Origin: Armatimonadota bacterium
GTDB taxonomy: Bacteria; Armatimonadota; SYMT01
Direction: 5' to 3'
DNA length: 64,000 bases
Assembly: GCA_046292385.1 (NCBI GenBank)
Contig: JBKBRF010000028.1
Coordinates: 1-64,000 of the forward strand
The notes beneath the pieces were generated by a model, which was given only the letters and a program-made list of their open reading frames with translations, had not been told where the DNA came from and made no database searches. Each line of letters begins with the position of its first letter. Positions within the stretch are counted from its first letter, which is position 1. Positions 36,652-47,091 of the stretch are shown in pieces. The position numbers and the translations under genes are program-made.

Positions 36652-37632
36652 GTGGATTCCTGCATCCTTCGCCTTTCGCGGGTGTCTATGGGCACCGAGT
36701 TCCAGGCGATTCTGGCTGGCAAAGACCCGGAGTACCTGCGGGATGCGGGCAGCCAGGCGCTGGACGAGGTGGAGCGCCTGGAGGCGCAGCTCAGTCATTA
36801 CCGGCCGGACAGTGACGTCACGGATCTGAACGTCCGCGCGTATCACCAGGCGGTGCGGTTGGAGCCGCTGCTCTACCGGCTGCTGCGGCACGCGGTGGAG
36901 CTGAGCGAGGCGACCGGCGGCGCGTTCGACTGCGCCCTCGGCGCGCTGATCCGCTGCTGGGGGTTCTTCCGGGGGCAGGGCGCGCTGGCGGAAGAGGCGG
37001 CGGTAAAGGAAGCGCTGGAGCAGTGCGGCAGCCGCTGGCTGGAGCTCGATGACGACGCCCGGACCGTCCGTTTCCTCCGACCCGTGCAGGTGCACCTGGG
37101 GGCGATAGGGAAAGGGTATGCGGTTGACCGGATGGTCGGCGTCCTGCGGGAGGTCGGCGTGCGCGCCGCCCTGGTTCACGGCGGCACCAGCACGCTCTAC
37201 GCGCTGGGCGCGCCGCCGGGAGACACCGACTGGAGCGTGGGGCTCTGCGACCCGTCCGACCGGACGCGGCGCCTGGGTGTGGTGCGGCTCCGGGACCGGG
37301 CGCTCTCTACGTCCGGCGACTACGAGCAGTTTTTTGAAATAGCAGGGCGGCGCTACAGCCACCTGCTGGATCCCCGCACCGGGTATCCGGCGGTGGGGAT
37401 GCGGAGCGCGACGGTGGCTGCGGCGAGCGCTACCGACACCGACGCGCTCTCCACGGCGGCCTTCGTGCTGGGGCCGACCGGCGCCAGTGAGGTGTTGGAG
37501 CGGTTCCCCGGAACCGGGGCGGTGCTGCTGCCGGATGTGAGCTTGGACAGCGGGCGGGTGGTGGAAGTCCACGGCGAGATCGACTTCTCGCTGGAAGACG
37601 CCGCCGCCGGCACCAGAGGAGAAGAGACCTGA
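36652..37632 (+). CDS. apbE: FAD:protein FMN transferase
   Basis: MGT, TGGAFD, LGAIGKGYAVD, STSGDYE, YSHLLDPRTG, DALSTA. Confidence 0.9.
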   Translation: MDSCILRLSRVSMGTEFQAILAGKDPEYLRDAGSQALDEVERLEAQLSHYRPDSDVTDLNVRAYHQAVRLEPLLYRLLRHAVELSEATGGAFDCALGALIRCWGFFRGQGALAEEAAVKEALEQCGSRWLELDDDARTVRFLRPVQVHLGAIGKGYAVDRMVGVLREVGVRAALVHGGTSTLYALGAPPGDTDWSVGLCDPSDRTRRLGVVRLRDRALSTSGDYEQFFEIAGRRYSHLLDPRTGYPAVGMRSATVAAASATDTDALSTAAFVLGPTGASEVLERFPGTGAVLLPDVSLDSGRVVEVHGEIDFSLEDAAAGTRGEET

Positions 37633-38945
37633 TGAGCGACGAAAAGAACGTCTCCCGACGAGAAGTGCTGAAGGGCGGCAGCCTTGCCGCAGCGCTTTCG
37701 GCCGGCATGCCGCTCGCGGTAGCCCGCGCCATCGAGGCCGCGCAGGATCCGGCCGCGGCAGCCAAGGCGGCGCAGGACGCGGCCAAGGCGGAGCCGGTGA
37801 AGCTCGCCTGGATCGGCACCGGCGTGCAGGGCCAGAACGACATGAAGCAGCTGGCCAAGGTGCCGGGCGTGGAGTTCGTCGCCATCTGCGACATCTACGA
37901 GCCGAACGTCAAGGCAGCGCTGGAGATCGCGGGACCGAACTGCAAGGTCTACAGCGACTACCGCAAGATGATGGAGCAGAAGAACATCCAGGGCGTCGGC
38001 ATCGCCACGCCGCTCTACCTCCACGCACCGATGGCGATCGCCGCCATGGAAGCGGGGAAGGATGTCTACTGCGAGAAGATGATGGCGTACACCATCGACG
38101 AAGCCAAGAAGATGGTGCGCACCGCCGACCGCACCAAGCGCAAGCTCCAGATCGGTCACCAGCGCCGCTACAGCGCGGACTACCACCACGCGCTCGACCT
38201 GATCAAGAAGGGCTACTTCGGCAAGATCACCCACGTGCGCGCGCAGTGGAACCGCAACGGAAGCTGGCGCCGCGCCGTGCCGGACCCCAAGCTCGAGAAG
38301 CTGCTGAACTGGCGGCTCTACGATGAGTTCTCCCGCGGCCTGATGGCGGAGCTGGGCAGCCACCAGATCGACGTGACGAACTGGTTCCTGGGCGCCCACC
38401 CGATCGCGGTGGTCGGCATCGGCGGCATCGACCACTACAAAGACGGCCGCGAGGTGTACGACAACGTCCAGGTCGTCTTCGAGTACCCGGGCGGCGAGAA
38501 GCTGACTTACCAGTCGATCCAGACCAACGCCTTCGACGACTTCTCCGAGCAGTTCATGGGCACCAAGGGCACCATGATCGTCAGCGAGGCGGCGGGCAAG
38601 TCGATGATGTTCAAGGAGCAGTCGGCGGAAGACTTCGAGTTCGCCAAGTTCTCCCAGAGCAAGACGAAGGTCGGCAACAAGGAGGCGATCCTGCTGGACG
38701 CCGGCGCCACCACCCGCCAGGACAAGCGGGAGAAGACCGCGGGCCAGGCCCTCGCCGGCGGCGGCACCAACAAGAACAACTGGGCGCTCTCCCTGGAAGA
38801 CTGGGTCGACTGCATCCGCACCGACCGCAAGCCGTTCTGTGACGGCCGCATCGGCCTGGCGGACGTGGGCTGCGTGATCGCGTCGCTCAAGGCGATGAAG
38901 GAAGGCACCCGGGTGGAGATCACCCACGACATGCTGCACGTCTGA
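37632..38945 (+). CDS. Tat-exported Gfo/Idh/MocA oxidoreductase
   Basis: SRREVL; IGTGVQG, IATPLYLH, YCEKMM, IGHQRR, WRLY, GLMAELGSHQID. Confidence 0.9.
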   Translation: MSDEKNVSRREVLKGGSLAAALSAGMPLAVARAIEAAQDPAAAAKAAQDAAKAEPVKLAWIGTGVQGQNDMKQLAKVPGVEFVAICDIYEPNVKAALEIAGPNCKVYSDYRKMMEQKNIQGVGIATPLYLHAPMAIAAMEAGKDVYCEKMMAYTIDEAKKMVRTADRTKRKLQIGHQRRYSADYHHALDLIKKGYFGKITHVRAQWNRNGSWRRAVPDPKLEKLLNWRLYDEFSRGLMAELGSHQIDVTNWFLGAHPIAVVGIGGIDHYKDGREVYDNVQVVFEYPGGEKLTYQSIQTNAFDDFSEQFMGTKGTMIVSEAAGKSMMFKEQSAEDFEFAKFSQSKTKVGNKEAILLDAGATTRQDKREKTAGQALAGGGTNKNNWALSLEDWVDCIRTDRKPFCDGRIGLADVGCVIASLKAMKEGTRVEITHDMLHV

Positions 38946-39001
38946 GTGAGCGTGCAGCGTTGAGGGTGCAGCGTGTAGGAGCCCGGCAGGTGAGGTATTC
39001 A

Positions 39002-39038
39002 CCCGCCGGGCTTTCCCGTTTCCGGAAACCCGGCGGGC
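39002..39038 (+). terminator. GC-rich hairpin after the oxidoreductase
   Basis: CCCGCCGGG-c-TTTCC ... GGAAA-CCCGGCGGG; no U tail. Confidence 0.4.
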
Positions 39039-39177
39039 GGTGGTGACCGGCGCCGGGCTGTTCCAGCTCTGAACCGTTGCAATTCCCCAGCGGTTTAAGC
39101 GGGTCGAAGGCTAAATGCCCCGCCCTGCCTAACCTGTGCGTGTTCTCTCCCCCACTGCCTCTGTCGAGACACACCTC

Positions 39178-40584
39178 ATGTCCACCGCCATTCCTCCGAA
39201 GAAATCGCTCCGCTGGTACCAGGGCCTCGACCGCTACTGCTGGGTGGTGCTGGTCATCGCGGCCCTCGGGTGGCTCTTCGACACGATGGACCAGAACCTG
39301 TTCAACCTGGTCCGCACCACCTCGATCCAGGACCTGCTGGGACCCACCGCCACGACCGGGCAAGTGAAGCAGATCGGCGGCTGGGTCACCGCGGCATTTC
39401 TAGTCGGCTGGTCGGTCGGCGGGTTCATCTTCGGGATCGTGGGAGACCGGATCGGACGCACCGGGACGATGATCCTGACGATCCTGATCTACGCCTTCTT
39501 TACCGGTCTGAGCGGGCTGGCCTGGAACTGGGAGTCGTACGCCGTGATGCGGTTCATGACCGGCGTCGGCGTGGGCGGGGAGTGGGCAGCGGGCGCCGCG
39601 ATCGTGGCCGAAGTGTTCCCCGAGCGGTCCCGAGCGATGGCGCTGGGGGCACTGCAGGCGCTCTCGGCGGTCGGGAACATGATGGCGGCGGTGATCACCT
39701 TCGGGATGGCCGACCTGAGCTGGCGCTGGGTGTACGCCGTCGGCGCGCTCCCCGCCATTCTCGTCCTCTGGATCCGGCGCTCCATCCGGGAGCCGGAGAA
39801 GTGGCAGGAGGCGAAGGAGCAGGCCTCTCTCGGCAAGGAGATGGGCAACATCTCGGAGCTGTGGAGCAATCCGCGTCTCCGGAGGAACACCACCGCGGCG
39901 CTGCTGATGGCGATCGCCGGCCAGGGGGCGCTCTGGGGGATCGGCTTCTGGAGCGTGGATATGCTCCTCGCGATCATGGAGAAGTTCTCCGTCGAATCCG
40001 GGGACCTGAACCGCACCAAGAGCGTGATGTTCTTCATCCAGCAGATCGGCGCGATGCTCGGGATCTATGCGTTCGCCGGCTTCAGCGAGCGGACCAACCG
40101 CCGCACCGCCTTCTTCGCCTGGTTCGCGCTGGCCTGGATCTCGATCCCGGTCTTCTTCTGGGGCGTGGCGCGCGCGGCAGGGGTGACGATACCCGGCGCG
40201 ATCGAGCCGCTCCTCTCCGCCATCACGTTCTCCGGCGGCCTGCCGGAGGGCGCGCGGAGTACCGTCCAGATCGCCGCGATCCTGGCGTTCTTTATGGGCT
40301 TTGCCACCCTGGGACCGTTCTCCGGATACACCGTCTACTTCCCGGAGCTGTTCCCCACCCGCCTGCGCGCCACCGGATGCGGGATCTGCTACAACGGCGG
40401 ACGGTTCCTGGCCGCCGTGATCCCCATTCTCACCGGGCAGCTCTCCCTGTTTTTCGCCAAGCAGCCGGGTGCCGTGGGAGGGGGCCTGCCGATGGCGGCC
40501 ACCATCGTTGCCAGCGTCTATATCCTCGGGTTCATCGGCACCGCCCTCGCCCCGGAGACGAAGGGCAAGCCGCTGCCTGAATAG
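39178..40584 (+). CDS. MFS transporter
   Basis: LGWLFDTMD, GIVGDRIGR, GVGGEW, PELFPTRLRATG. Confidence 0.92.
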   Translation: MSTAIPPKKSLRWYQGLDRYCWVVLVIAALGWLFDTMDQNLFNLVRTTSIQDLLGPTATTGQVKQIGGWVTAAFLVGWSVGGFIFGIVGDRIGRTGTMILTILIYAFFTGLSGLAWNWESYAVMRFMTGVGVGGEWAAGAAIVAEVFPERSRAMALGALQALSAVGNMMAAVITFGMADLSWRWVYAVGALPAILVLWIRRSIREPEKWQEAKEQASLGKEMGNISELWSNPRLRRNTTAALLMAIAGQGALWGIGFWSVDMLLAIMEKFSVESGDLNRTKSVMFFIQQIGAMLGIYAFAGFSERTNRRTAFFAWFALAWISIPVFFWGVARAAGVTIPGAIEPLLSAITFSGGLPEGARSTVQIAAILAFFMGFATLGPFSGYTVYFPELFPTRLRATGCGICYNGGRFLAAVIPILTGQLSLFFAKQPGAVGGGLPMAATIVASVYILGFIGTALAPETKGKPLPE

Positions 40585-40586
40585 GA

Positions 40587-40625
40587 CTGAGTGGGAGAGT
40601 GGGCGCAAGGGAGAGAGGGAGAAGC
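40587..40625 (+). repeat. GAGTGGG-type repeat after the MFS stop
   Basis: actgagtgggagagtgggcgcaagggagagagggaga. Confidence 0.8.
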
Positions 40626-40664
40626 CCCTCGCCGTGCGACCACTCTCACGAAAGGCGGGGTACG

Positions 40665-41651
40665 ATGAAGCGCCGGGAGTTCCTGGGGAGTGCCGCGCTC
40701 GCGCTGGCTGCGGGCCGGGCGGGCGGGGCTGCGGAGCCGGGACGGCTGCGAGCGGTGCGGGACGGCGGCGTGCTGCGGGTGCTGGACGGAGAGCACCCGG
40801 TGCTGGAGTACCGCCACGCGCCGACCGCCGGCCCGGAGGGCACCGGGCCACTCTTTACCCGGAGCGGCTACGTCCACCCGCTGCACGCTCCCAACGGCGC
40901 GAAGGTGACCGACGACTTCCCCGCGGACCATCCGCACCAGCGGGGGCTCTTCTTCGCCTGGACCAAGACGGAGCTGACCCTGGACGGCACGGTGTTCCAC
41001 CCCGACTTCTGGAACCTCGGCAGCGGCACCGGCCGCATTCGCAGCGTCCACTGCGGGGTCCGGGAAGCTCCGGCCGGCGGCTGCCGCTGGTCCTCGGAGC
41101 ACGCGTGGGAGGCGAAGGTCGGGGACGACTGGAAGCAGGTGCTCCACGAGACCTGGTCTGCCAGCGTGCTGCCGCCGTTGTTTGCGGAGGGGGAGCGGGA
41201 CGCGGCGAGCTCCGCCTACGTCTTTGACCTTGTGTGTATCCAGGAGCCGAAGGTCGACCTGCTGCTGCCGCAGTACCGTTACGGCGGGATCTCGATCCGC
41301 GGCGCCCGGGAGTGGATTCCCGGCAACTCCGGCATGCGGTATCTTACCTCCGAGGGGAAGACGCTGAAGGACGCGGAGGGGAGCACCGCGCGGTGGATCG
41401 ACATGGCGGGTCCGCTCGGCGGCAAGACCGCCGGGGTGGCGCTGCTGGAGCATCCGGAGAACCTCCGCGCGCCGAACCAGCTCCGCGTGCCGCCGGAGAA
41501 CCCGTATTACGTCTACTCCCCATCCAAGAGCGGCGACCTCACCCTCCGGGCGGGCGAGGCACACCGGTTCCGGTACCGGGTGGTGGTCCACAACGGCTCC
41601 ACCGATTCCGAGCTGCTGAACCGGCTCTGGCGCGAGTTGGCCGGCGCCTGA
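40665..41651 (+). CDS. Tat-exported DUF6807 ('PmoA family') protein
   Basis: KRREFL; YVHPL, DHPHQRGLFFAW, YGGISIRG, ARWIDMAG, EHPEN, FRYRVVVHNG. Confidence 0.8.
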   Translation: MKRREFLGSAALALAAGRAGGAAEPGRLRAVRDGGVLRVLDGEHPVLEYRHAPTAGPEGTGPLFTRSGYVHPLHAPNGAKVTDDFPADHPHQRGLFFAWTKTELTLDGTVFHPDFWNLGSGTGRIRSVHCGVREAPAGGCRWSSEHAWEAKVGDDWKQVLHETWSASVLPPLFAEGERDAASSAYVFDLVCIQEPKVDLLLPQYRYGGISIRGAREWIPGNSGMRYLTSEGKTLKDAEGSTARWIDMAGPLGGKTAGVALLEHPENLRAPNQLRVPPENPYYVYSPSKSGDLTLRAGEAHRFRYRVVVHNGSTDSELLNRLWRELAGA

Positions 41652-41689
41652 AACGACCCTGCCGGGATTTGAAACCGGCCTCGCGGCCG

Positions 41690-41737
41690 TTAAGCCGCGC
41701 TTAGTTGGCCCTTAAGACCCGGCACCGCTCGGTTTAA
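41690..41737 (+). promoter_or_regulatory. 11-bp-periodic TTAA repeats (PhoB/OmpR-type box candidate)
   Basis: TTAA 41690, TTAG 41701, TTAA 41712, TTAA 41734 upstream of an operon ending in phoD. Confidence 0.45.
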
Positions 41738-41824
41738 GGTGGCCGTTCTACCCTGATCCTGCGGCCGGACACGGCGGCTCCCGTTTGGTGAGGAGCCCCC
41801 GGACCGGCCGGAACAGGATCTGCC

Positions 41825-42625
41825 ATGCAACCGAAGCACCGCATCCGGCGAGGCTTCACCCTGATCGAGCTGCTCGTGGTGATCGCGATCATCGCCATCC
41901 TCGCCGCGATCCTCTTCCCCGTCTTCGCCCAGGCCCGGGACAAGGCCCGCTCTACCGCCTGCCTCTCCAACATGCGCCAGCTCGGGAGCGCCCTGCAGAT
42001 GTACCTGCAGGACTACGACGAGACGTTCCACAAGGGCGCCAACATGCGCGGAATGCCGGCGATGAACGGCTTCGGCGCCAACAGCAAGATCGACGGCTGG
42101 GACAACTGGCCCTGGTTCTACGGGCCCTACGTGAAGAACGTGGGTGTCTTCGACTGCCCCACCAGCCCGGACGACACCTACGAGCTGACGCGGACCAACT
42201 GGGGGAACGACGGCAACTACGCCTACAACTACTCCGGCCTCACCCGGGACGAAGGGACCCCGCCCCGCATCCTGGCGGAGCTGGACGATCCGTCCGGCAC
42301 CTTCGTCTTCTTCGACTCGGGCGACACGCAGGTGCGGGCCGGCAACAACGACTGGCCCGGCCTGCTGGAAGAGCTGGACCTGAACCTCACCTGCGGGGAA
42401 AACCGGTTCAGCCGCTACACGAAGGAAAGCGCGCTGCGCCACGCGGGACGGCTGAACATGGTCTACGCGGACGGCCACGCCAAGAACATCGACTGGCGGA
42501 CGCTGCTCACCCGCAAGGCGGACAACGTGGCGCCGTGGATGATCGGGTGGCGCGACTGCGCTCCCAACTGCCCGCCTCCGGACGCCGGCCCCGGCCGCTG
42601 CTTCGATCCCTCCCAGCTTCCGTAG
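41825..42625 (+). CDS. prepilin-type N-terminal / H-X9-DG (DUF1559) protein
   Basis: [52 protein letters not shown]. Confidence 0.92.
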   Translation: MQPKHRIRRGFTLIELLVVIAIIAILAAILFPVFAQARDKARSTACLSNMRQLGSALQMYLQDYDETFHKGANMRGMPAMNGFGANSKIDGWDNWPWFYGPYVKNVGVFDCPTSPDDTYELTRTNWGNDGNYAYNYSGLTRDEGTPPRILAELDDPSGTFVFFDSGDTQVRAGNNDWPGLLEELDLNLTCGENRFSRYTKESALRHAGRLNMVYADGHAKNIDWRTLLTRKADNVAPWMIGWRDCAPNCPPPDAGPGRCFDPSQLP

Positions 42626-42642
42626 CCAGCAGGAGCCACACG

Positions 42643-43266
<624 letters not shown>

Positions 43267-43278
43267 CGGACGACATCG

Positions 43279-43548
43279 ATGCAGCAACAACTCTCACGTC
43301 CACTCATCATCGGCGTCCTGGTGCTCGTCGGCGCGCTCTTCGTGGGGCTGCTCTGGCTCGGCACCGGGCCACGCGCGGGCACCTCGCCCACCTCCACGCT
43401 CGTGGAGCGGCAGGAATCGTCGGAGACGTTCTCCCAGGCGGTGCGAGAGCACAACCAGCGAGAGCAAGCGCTGACGGAAAACCCGGAGGCACGCGCCGCG
43501 CGAGATGCCTACCGGGACAACGATTACCAGCCCGAGTCGGGGAACTGA
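43279..43548 (+). CDS. small membrane-anchored hypothetical protein
   Basis: N-terminal TM segment; 12 bp after the second DUF1559 gene. Confidence 0.6.
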   Translation: MQQQLSRPLIIGVLVLVGALFVGLLWLGTGPRAGTSPTSTLVERQESSETFSQAVREHNQREQALTENPEARAARDAYRDNDYQPESGN

Positions 43549-43576
43549 TCCCGAACCCGTTCTTTTCGATTAACGG

Positions 43577-43648
43577 GCTAGCAGGTTGCAGGTTGCCAGG
43601 TTTCGAACCCTGGTACCGGCGAGCTAACCTGCTAACCTGCGAACCTGA
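43577..43648. repeat. GCAGGTT / AACCTGC inverted heptamer arms
   Basis: tagcaggttgcaggttgccaggtt ... ctaacctgctaacctgcgaacctg. Confidence 0.85.
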
Positions 43649-43659
43649 AACAGATTCCT

Positions 43660-45246
43660 ATGCTTGATCGAAACGAGCTTCGGAAGGCGCTGCGGCACGA
43701 GGGGGGCCTCAGCCGGCGGCTCTTCCTTACCTACGCCTCCGCCCTGGCCGGCGCCGCCTGGTGCGCGGAGCAGGGGTCGGCCGCCCAAGACGCGCCCACC
43801 TTTAGCGCTAACCCGTTCAGCCTTGGCGTCGCCTCCGGCGACCCGGACGCGAGCGGCTTCGTCCTCTGGACCCGCCTCGCGCCTCGTCCCCTCGATCCGG
43901 ACGGCGGCATGGAGCCGGTCCGCGTGCCGGTGAGCTGGGAAGTGGCGGAAGACGAGGGGATGCAGCAGGTGGTGCAGCGGGGCACCGCCACCGCCGCGCC
44001 GCTGCTGGGCCACTCCGTGCACGTGGAGGTGAAGGATCTGCAGCCGGACCGCTGGTACTGGTACCGGTTCCGCGCCGGGGAGGCCGAGAGCCCGGTCGGC
44101 CGCGCGCGCACCCTGCCGGAAGCCTCCGCTGCCGCACAGGGGCTCCGGTTCGCGTTCGCCTCCTGCCAGCATTACGAGACGGGTCTCTTCACCGCCTACG
44201 AGCAGATGGCGAAGGACGACCTCGACCTCGTCTTCCACCTGGGCGACTACATCTACGAGGGCGCAGGTCGCGAGACGGGAGTGCGGCGACACGCGGGCCG
44301 GAAGCTCTACACGCTGGCCGACTACCGGATCCGGCACGCGCAGTACCGCGCCGACCCGCTGCTGCAGGCGATGCACGCGCGCTGCCCCTGGCTCGTCACG
44401 TGGGACGATCACGAATTCGAGAACAACTACGCGGCCGAGATCTCCTCGCTGCGGGGCGTCGACCCGGACGAATTCCTGATCCAGCGAGCGAACGCCTACC
44501 AGGCCTATTACGAGATGATGCCGCTCCGGCGCCGCTCAATCCCCCGCGGCCCGGACATGCTGCTCTACCGCAAGGCCTCGTTCGGCCGGCTGGCGGAGCT
44601 GCTGGTGCTGGACACGCGGCAGTACCGTACGGACCAGCCGAACCGGGACGCCGCGTCGCCCCTCAACGACGCCGCGCTCGATCCGAAGGCGAGCCTGCTC
44701 GGCAGCCGCCAGCGGGAGTGGCTGCAGTCGTCGCTCAAGGAGTCCGGCGCGACCTGGAACGTGCTGGCGCAGCAGGTGATGATCGCGCTGGTCGACCGCT
44801 CGACAGGCGAGGGGGAGCGCTACTCCATGGACCAGTGGCCCGGCTACGCGCACGAGCGGATGGAGCTGGTCCGTTTCTTGTCCGACGCGCGCGTGTCGAA
44901 CCCGGTGGTCCTCACGGGGGACATTCACTCCAACTGGGTGAACGACGTCCGCACGGACGACCGCCAGCCGGAGCTGCCGGTGGTGGCGACCGAGTTCGTC
45001 GGCACCTCCATCTCCAGCGGCGGCAACGGGATGGACCAGCCGGCCGGTCTCGACGCCCTACTCGCGGAAAACCCGGGCGTCCGGTTCCACAACCGGCAGC
45101 GCGGCTACGTGCGCTGTACCCTGAGCCCCACCTCCTGGCGGAGCGACTACGTGGTGATCGACGACGTGCTCCAACCGGGCGGAAAGGCCTCCACCCGCGC
45201 CTCGTTCGTGGTGGAGGCCGGGAAACCGGGCGCGCGACCGGCGTAG
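43660..45246 (+). CDS. phoD: alkaline phosphatase D (Tat)
   Basis: SRRLFL; FSLGVASGDP, FASCQ, HLGDYIYE, TWDDHEFENN, LDTRQYR, LTGDIH. Confidence 0.95.
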   Translation: MLDRNELRKALRHEGGLSRRLFLTYASALAGAAWCAEQGSAAQDAPTFSANPFSLGVASGDPDASGFVLWTRLAPRPLDPDGGMEPVRVPVSWEVAEDEGMQQVVQRGTATAAPLLGHSVHVEVKDLQPDRWYWYRFRAGEAESPVGRARTLPEASAAAQGLRFAFASCQHYETGLFTAYEQMAKDDLDLVFHLGDYIYEGAGRETGVRRHAGRKLYTLADYRIRHAQYRADPLLQAMHARCPWLVTWDDHEFENNYAAEISSLRGVDPDEFLIQRANAYQAYYEMMPLRRRSIPRGPDMLLYRKASFGRLAELLVLDTRQYRTDQPNRDAASPLNDAALDPKASLLGSRQREWLQSSLKESGATWNVLAQQVMIALVDRSTGEGERYSMDQWPGYAHERMELVRFLSDARVSNPVVLTGDIHSNWVNDVRTDDRQPELPVVATEFVGTSISSGGNGMDQPAGLDALLAENPGVRFHNRQRGYVRCTLSPTSWRSDYVVIDDVLQPGGKASTRASFVVEAGKPGARPA

Positions 45247-45255
45247 CTACCGGTC

Positions 45256-45335
45256 GGTTAGCAGGTTGGCAGGTTGCAAGTTACAGGTTCGGAACCCCGC
45301 CCCCGGGCGGCCCAACCTGTAATTGCTAACCTGCC
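45256..45335. repeat. GCAGGTT / AACCTG inverted heptamer arms
   Basis: ggttagcaggttggcaggttgcaagttacaggtt ... aacctgtaattgctaacctgcc. Confidence 0.85.
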
Positions 45336-45395
45336 ACTCTGGGCATCCGGTTGCCGGCGAGGCGACCTTTTCGCCCACGCAGGCCGACGGCTTTA

Positions 45396-45535
45396 GGGTG
45401 CGGGAGCTTGCTCCCGCTCTCGCCGCCGACTGCGGAAGCGCACCGTCGCCTCCTGCGAATGCCTGCTTTCGCCTGGAAGCATTCTGCGTTCGCGGCAGGC
45501 TCCCCAAAGCGGAAGCAAGCTTCCGCACTCCACAG
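45396..45535. repeat. REP-like inverted doublet
   Basis: GCGGGAGC TT GCTCCCGC and GCGGAAGC AA GCTTCCGC-ACTCCAC palindromes in opposite orientation; same family as 69-160. Confidence 0.65.
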
Positions 45536-45590
45536 GCGGGACCGGTTTCGGATCCCGCTGCACCGGGCTGCCTGCGACACCCAGCCGCGT

Positions 45591-46694
45591 CTACCGGGAC
45601 TCCCATCGCACTTCGCAGCTCACGGCGGCGGGCTCCACGAAGCGGGCCAGCCGGTCTCCTTCCGCTGTGAGCTCCTCTCTCGCTGCCTCCGGCACCGCCC
45701 CGAACGGGGAGAGGGTGAGGATGGCTGTCTTGCGCTGGCGCGTGACCTTCCACGTGCCGGCGACGAAGCCGTCGACCAGGAAGGTCGGCAGAACGAGCGC
45801 GTTCTTCGTGATGACGGTTTTCCGGTGCTCGTCCGCGATGACGCGGGTGCGGTCGGCGTGGGAGAGGATCAGGTTGTCGAAGTCGGCGACGAACCGCGGC
45901 GGGGCGGGCGTCTCCTCCGGCGGGCGCGGCGCCTCCGGCAGGTCGAACAGCTCCCGGTTCCGCTCGTCCCGGAAGACCGCCAGCCGCGGGCGAAGCTCCT
46001 CCAGCACGGGGGCCAGGCCGCCGCGGCCGGACCACGCCGTCACGTCGGCGGCGGACGCGGGCCCGAAGGCGGCGAGGTAGCGGAGCACCAGGGTGTGGGC
46101 GTTGTCCGCGGTGTCGAGCGGGTGACCGAGCCATTCTTCCGCCAGCGCGAACTCGCAGTCGGCGCGGTAGCCCCACTCGTGGGAGCCGGGCACCAGGACC
46201 AGCGGGAGCTGGGTGCGGACGGTGTATCCCATGGCGCGCTCGTCGGCGCCCGGAAAGCGCGCCAGCAGCTCGTTCCTTAGCTCCGTAAAGGTGCGGGGCC
46301 GCTCCGCATAGAGCCGGCGCGCCTCCGCCAGCACCGTCTCCAGCGGGAGCGCGTCGAGCCGCTCGCGCAGGATGCTGCGGACCGCCGAGTCGAGCGCGGG
46401 CTGGATCGCCGGGCGGAGCGCCGTGAAGTCGCGCCGCGACCAGAGGTGCAGCGTACAGCGCATCAGCGGCGCGCGGACCACCTGGCCCGAGTGGAGCAGC
46501 GGGACCAGCTCCTCGCGCCGGAACTCCTCCAGCCGGCACCAGAGGCCGACGAACGGCGGCCGCGCCTGCTGCGCCTGGAGGCCCGCCAGCCGCTCGATCG
46601 CCTCCACCGCGGAGACGGCTTTCCGCCGCAGCAGCATCTGCCGCGCCAGGAGCGCCCGGTTCAGCGCGCGTTGGGTCAGGATCGGGTGGGACAT
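45591..46694 (-). CDS. AlkZ/YcaQ-family (HTH_42) DNA glycosylase
   Basis: LNRALLARQML, GLQAQ (QxQ), MRCTLH, RYLAAFGPA, FDNLILSHADR, LVDGFVAGTW. Confidence 0.88.
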   Translation of the reverse strand: MSHPILTQRALNRALLARQMLLRRKAVSAVEAIERLAGLQAQQARPPFVGLWCRLEEFRREELVPLLHSGQVVRAPLMRCTLHLWSRRDFTALRPAIQPALDSAVRSILRERLDALPLETVLAEARRLYAERPRTFTELRNELLARFPGADERAMGYTVRTQLPLVLVPGSHEWGYRADCEFALAEEWLGHPLDTADNAHTLVLRYLAAFGPASAADVTAWSGRGGLAPVLEELRPRLAVFRDERNRELFDLPEAPRPPEETPAPPRFVADFDNLILSHADRTRVIADEHRKTVITKNALVLPTFLVDGFVAGTWKVTRQRKTAILTLSPFGAVPEAAREELTAEGDRLARFVEPAAVSCEVRWESR

Positions 46695-46847
46695 GCGGTG
46701 TTCTCCAGGTGCGGGCGGGAGGCGCGCCCACTCTCTTGTAGCACGCTCGCCTGGTGGGTTGGGAAGCCGCTGGTTGAACGACCCCCGATTCCAACGAAAG
46801 GGCGACCCGTTTCAGGGAACGCGGCGGTGCGCCCAGGGGTCTGCTAA

Positions 46848-46958
46848 GACGGAAGCACCTCCTGCCGGATTGTGCTCCTGTCTCCTCCAACCTGGCTGAG
46901 CTGGGTCGGAGAGTGGTGTAACTCTGCCCCGCCGGTTTTGCCGGCGGGGCCTTTTTTC
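46848..46958 (+). ncRNA. candidate small RNA with CUCCU (anti-SD) motifs
   Basis: three CTCCT motifs, two small hairpins and a strong terminator; TG-C-TAAGAC extended -10-like element upstream. Confidence 0.35.
46926..46957 (+). terminator. intrinsic terminator
   Basis: GCCCCGCCGG TTTTG CCGGCGGGGC CTTTTTT. Confidence 0.8.
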
Positions 46959-46985
46959 TCGCGCCGGCCGGCCGGCAGCGCGCCC

Positions 46986-47015
46986 GATGTATTTCTCACG
47001 GGGATCCGGCCTTTA
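46986..47015 (+). promoter_or_regulatory. candidate ECF promoter, copy 1
   Basis: GATGTATTTC-N15-CTTTA; same spacing as 48489-48518. Confidence 0.55.
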
Positions 47016-47091
47016 TCCGGGTGGAAGACGGCGGTGCCCTGGCGGCGAGACCGCCAATCGACCGCATCCTGGTTTACGAAGGAGATCACCC

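Noticed and set aside
40665..41651. 'PmoA' as methane monooxygenase
   Set aside because: A soluble Tat protein of the DUF6807 type; no pmoCAB operon or membrane helices.
46816..46842. GGAAC-N18-GTCT as a classical ECF promoter
   Set aside because: The spacer is longer than the usual 16-17 nt and it occurs only once.
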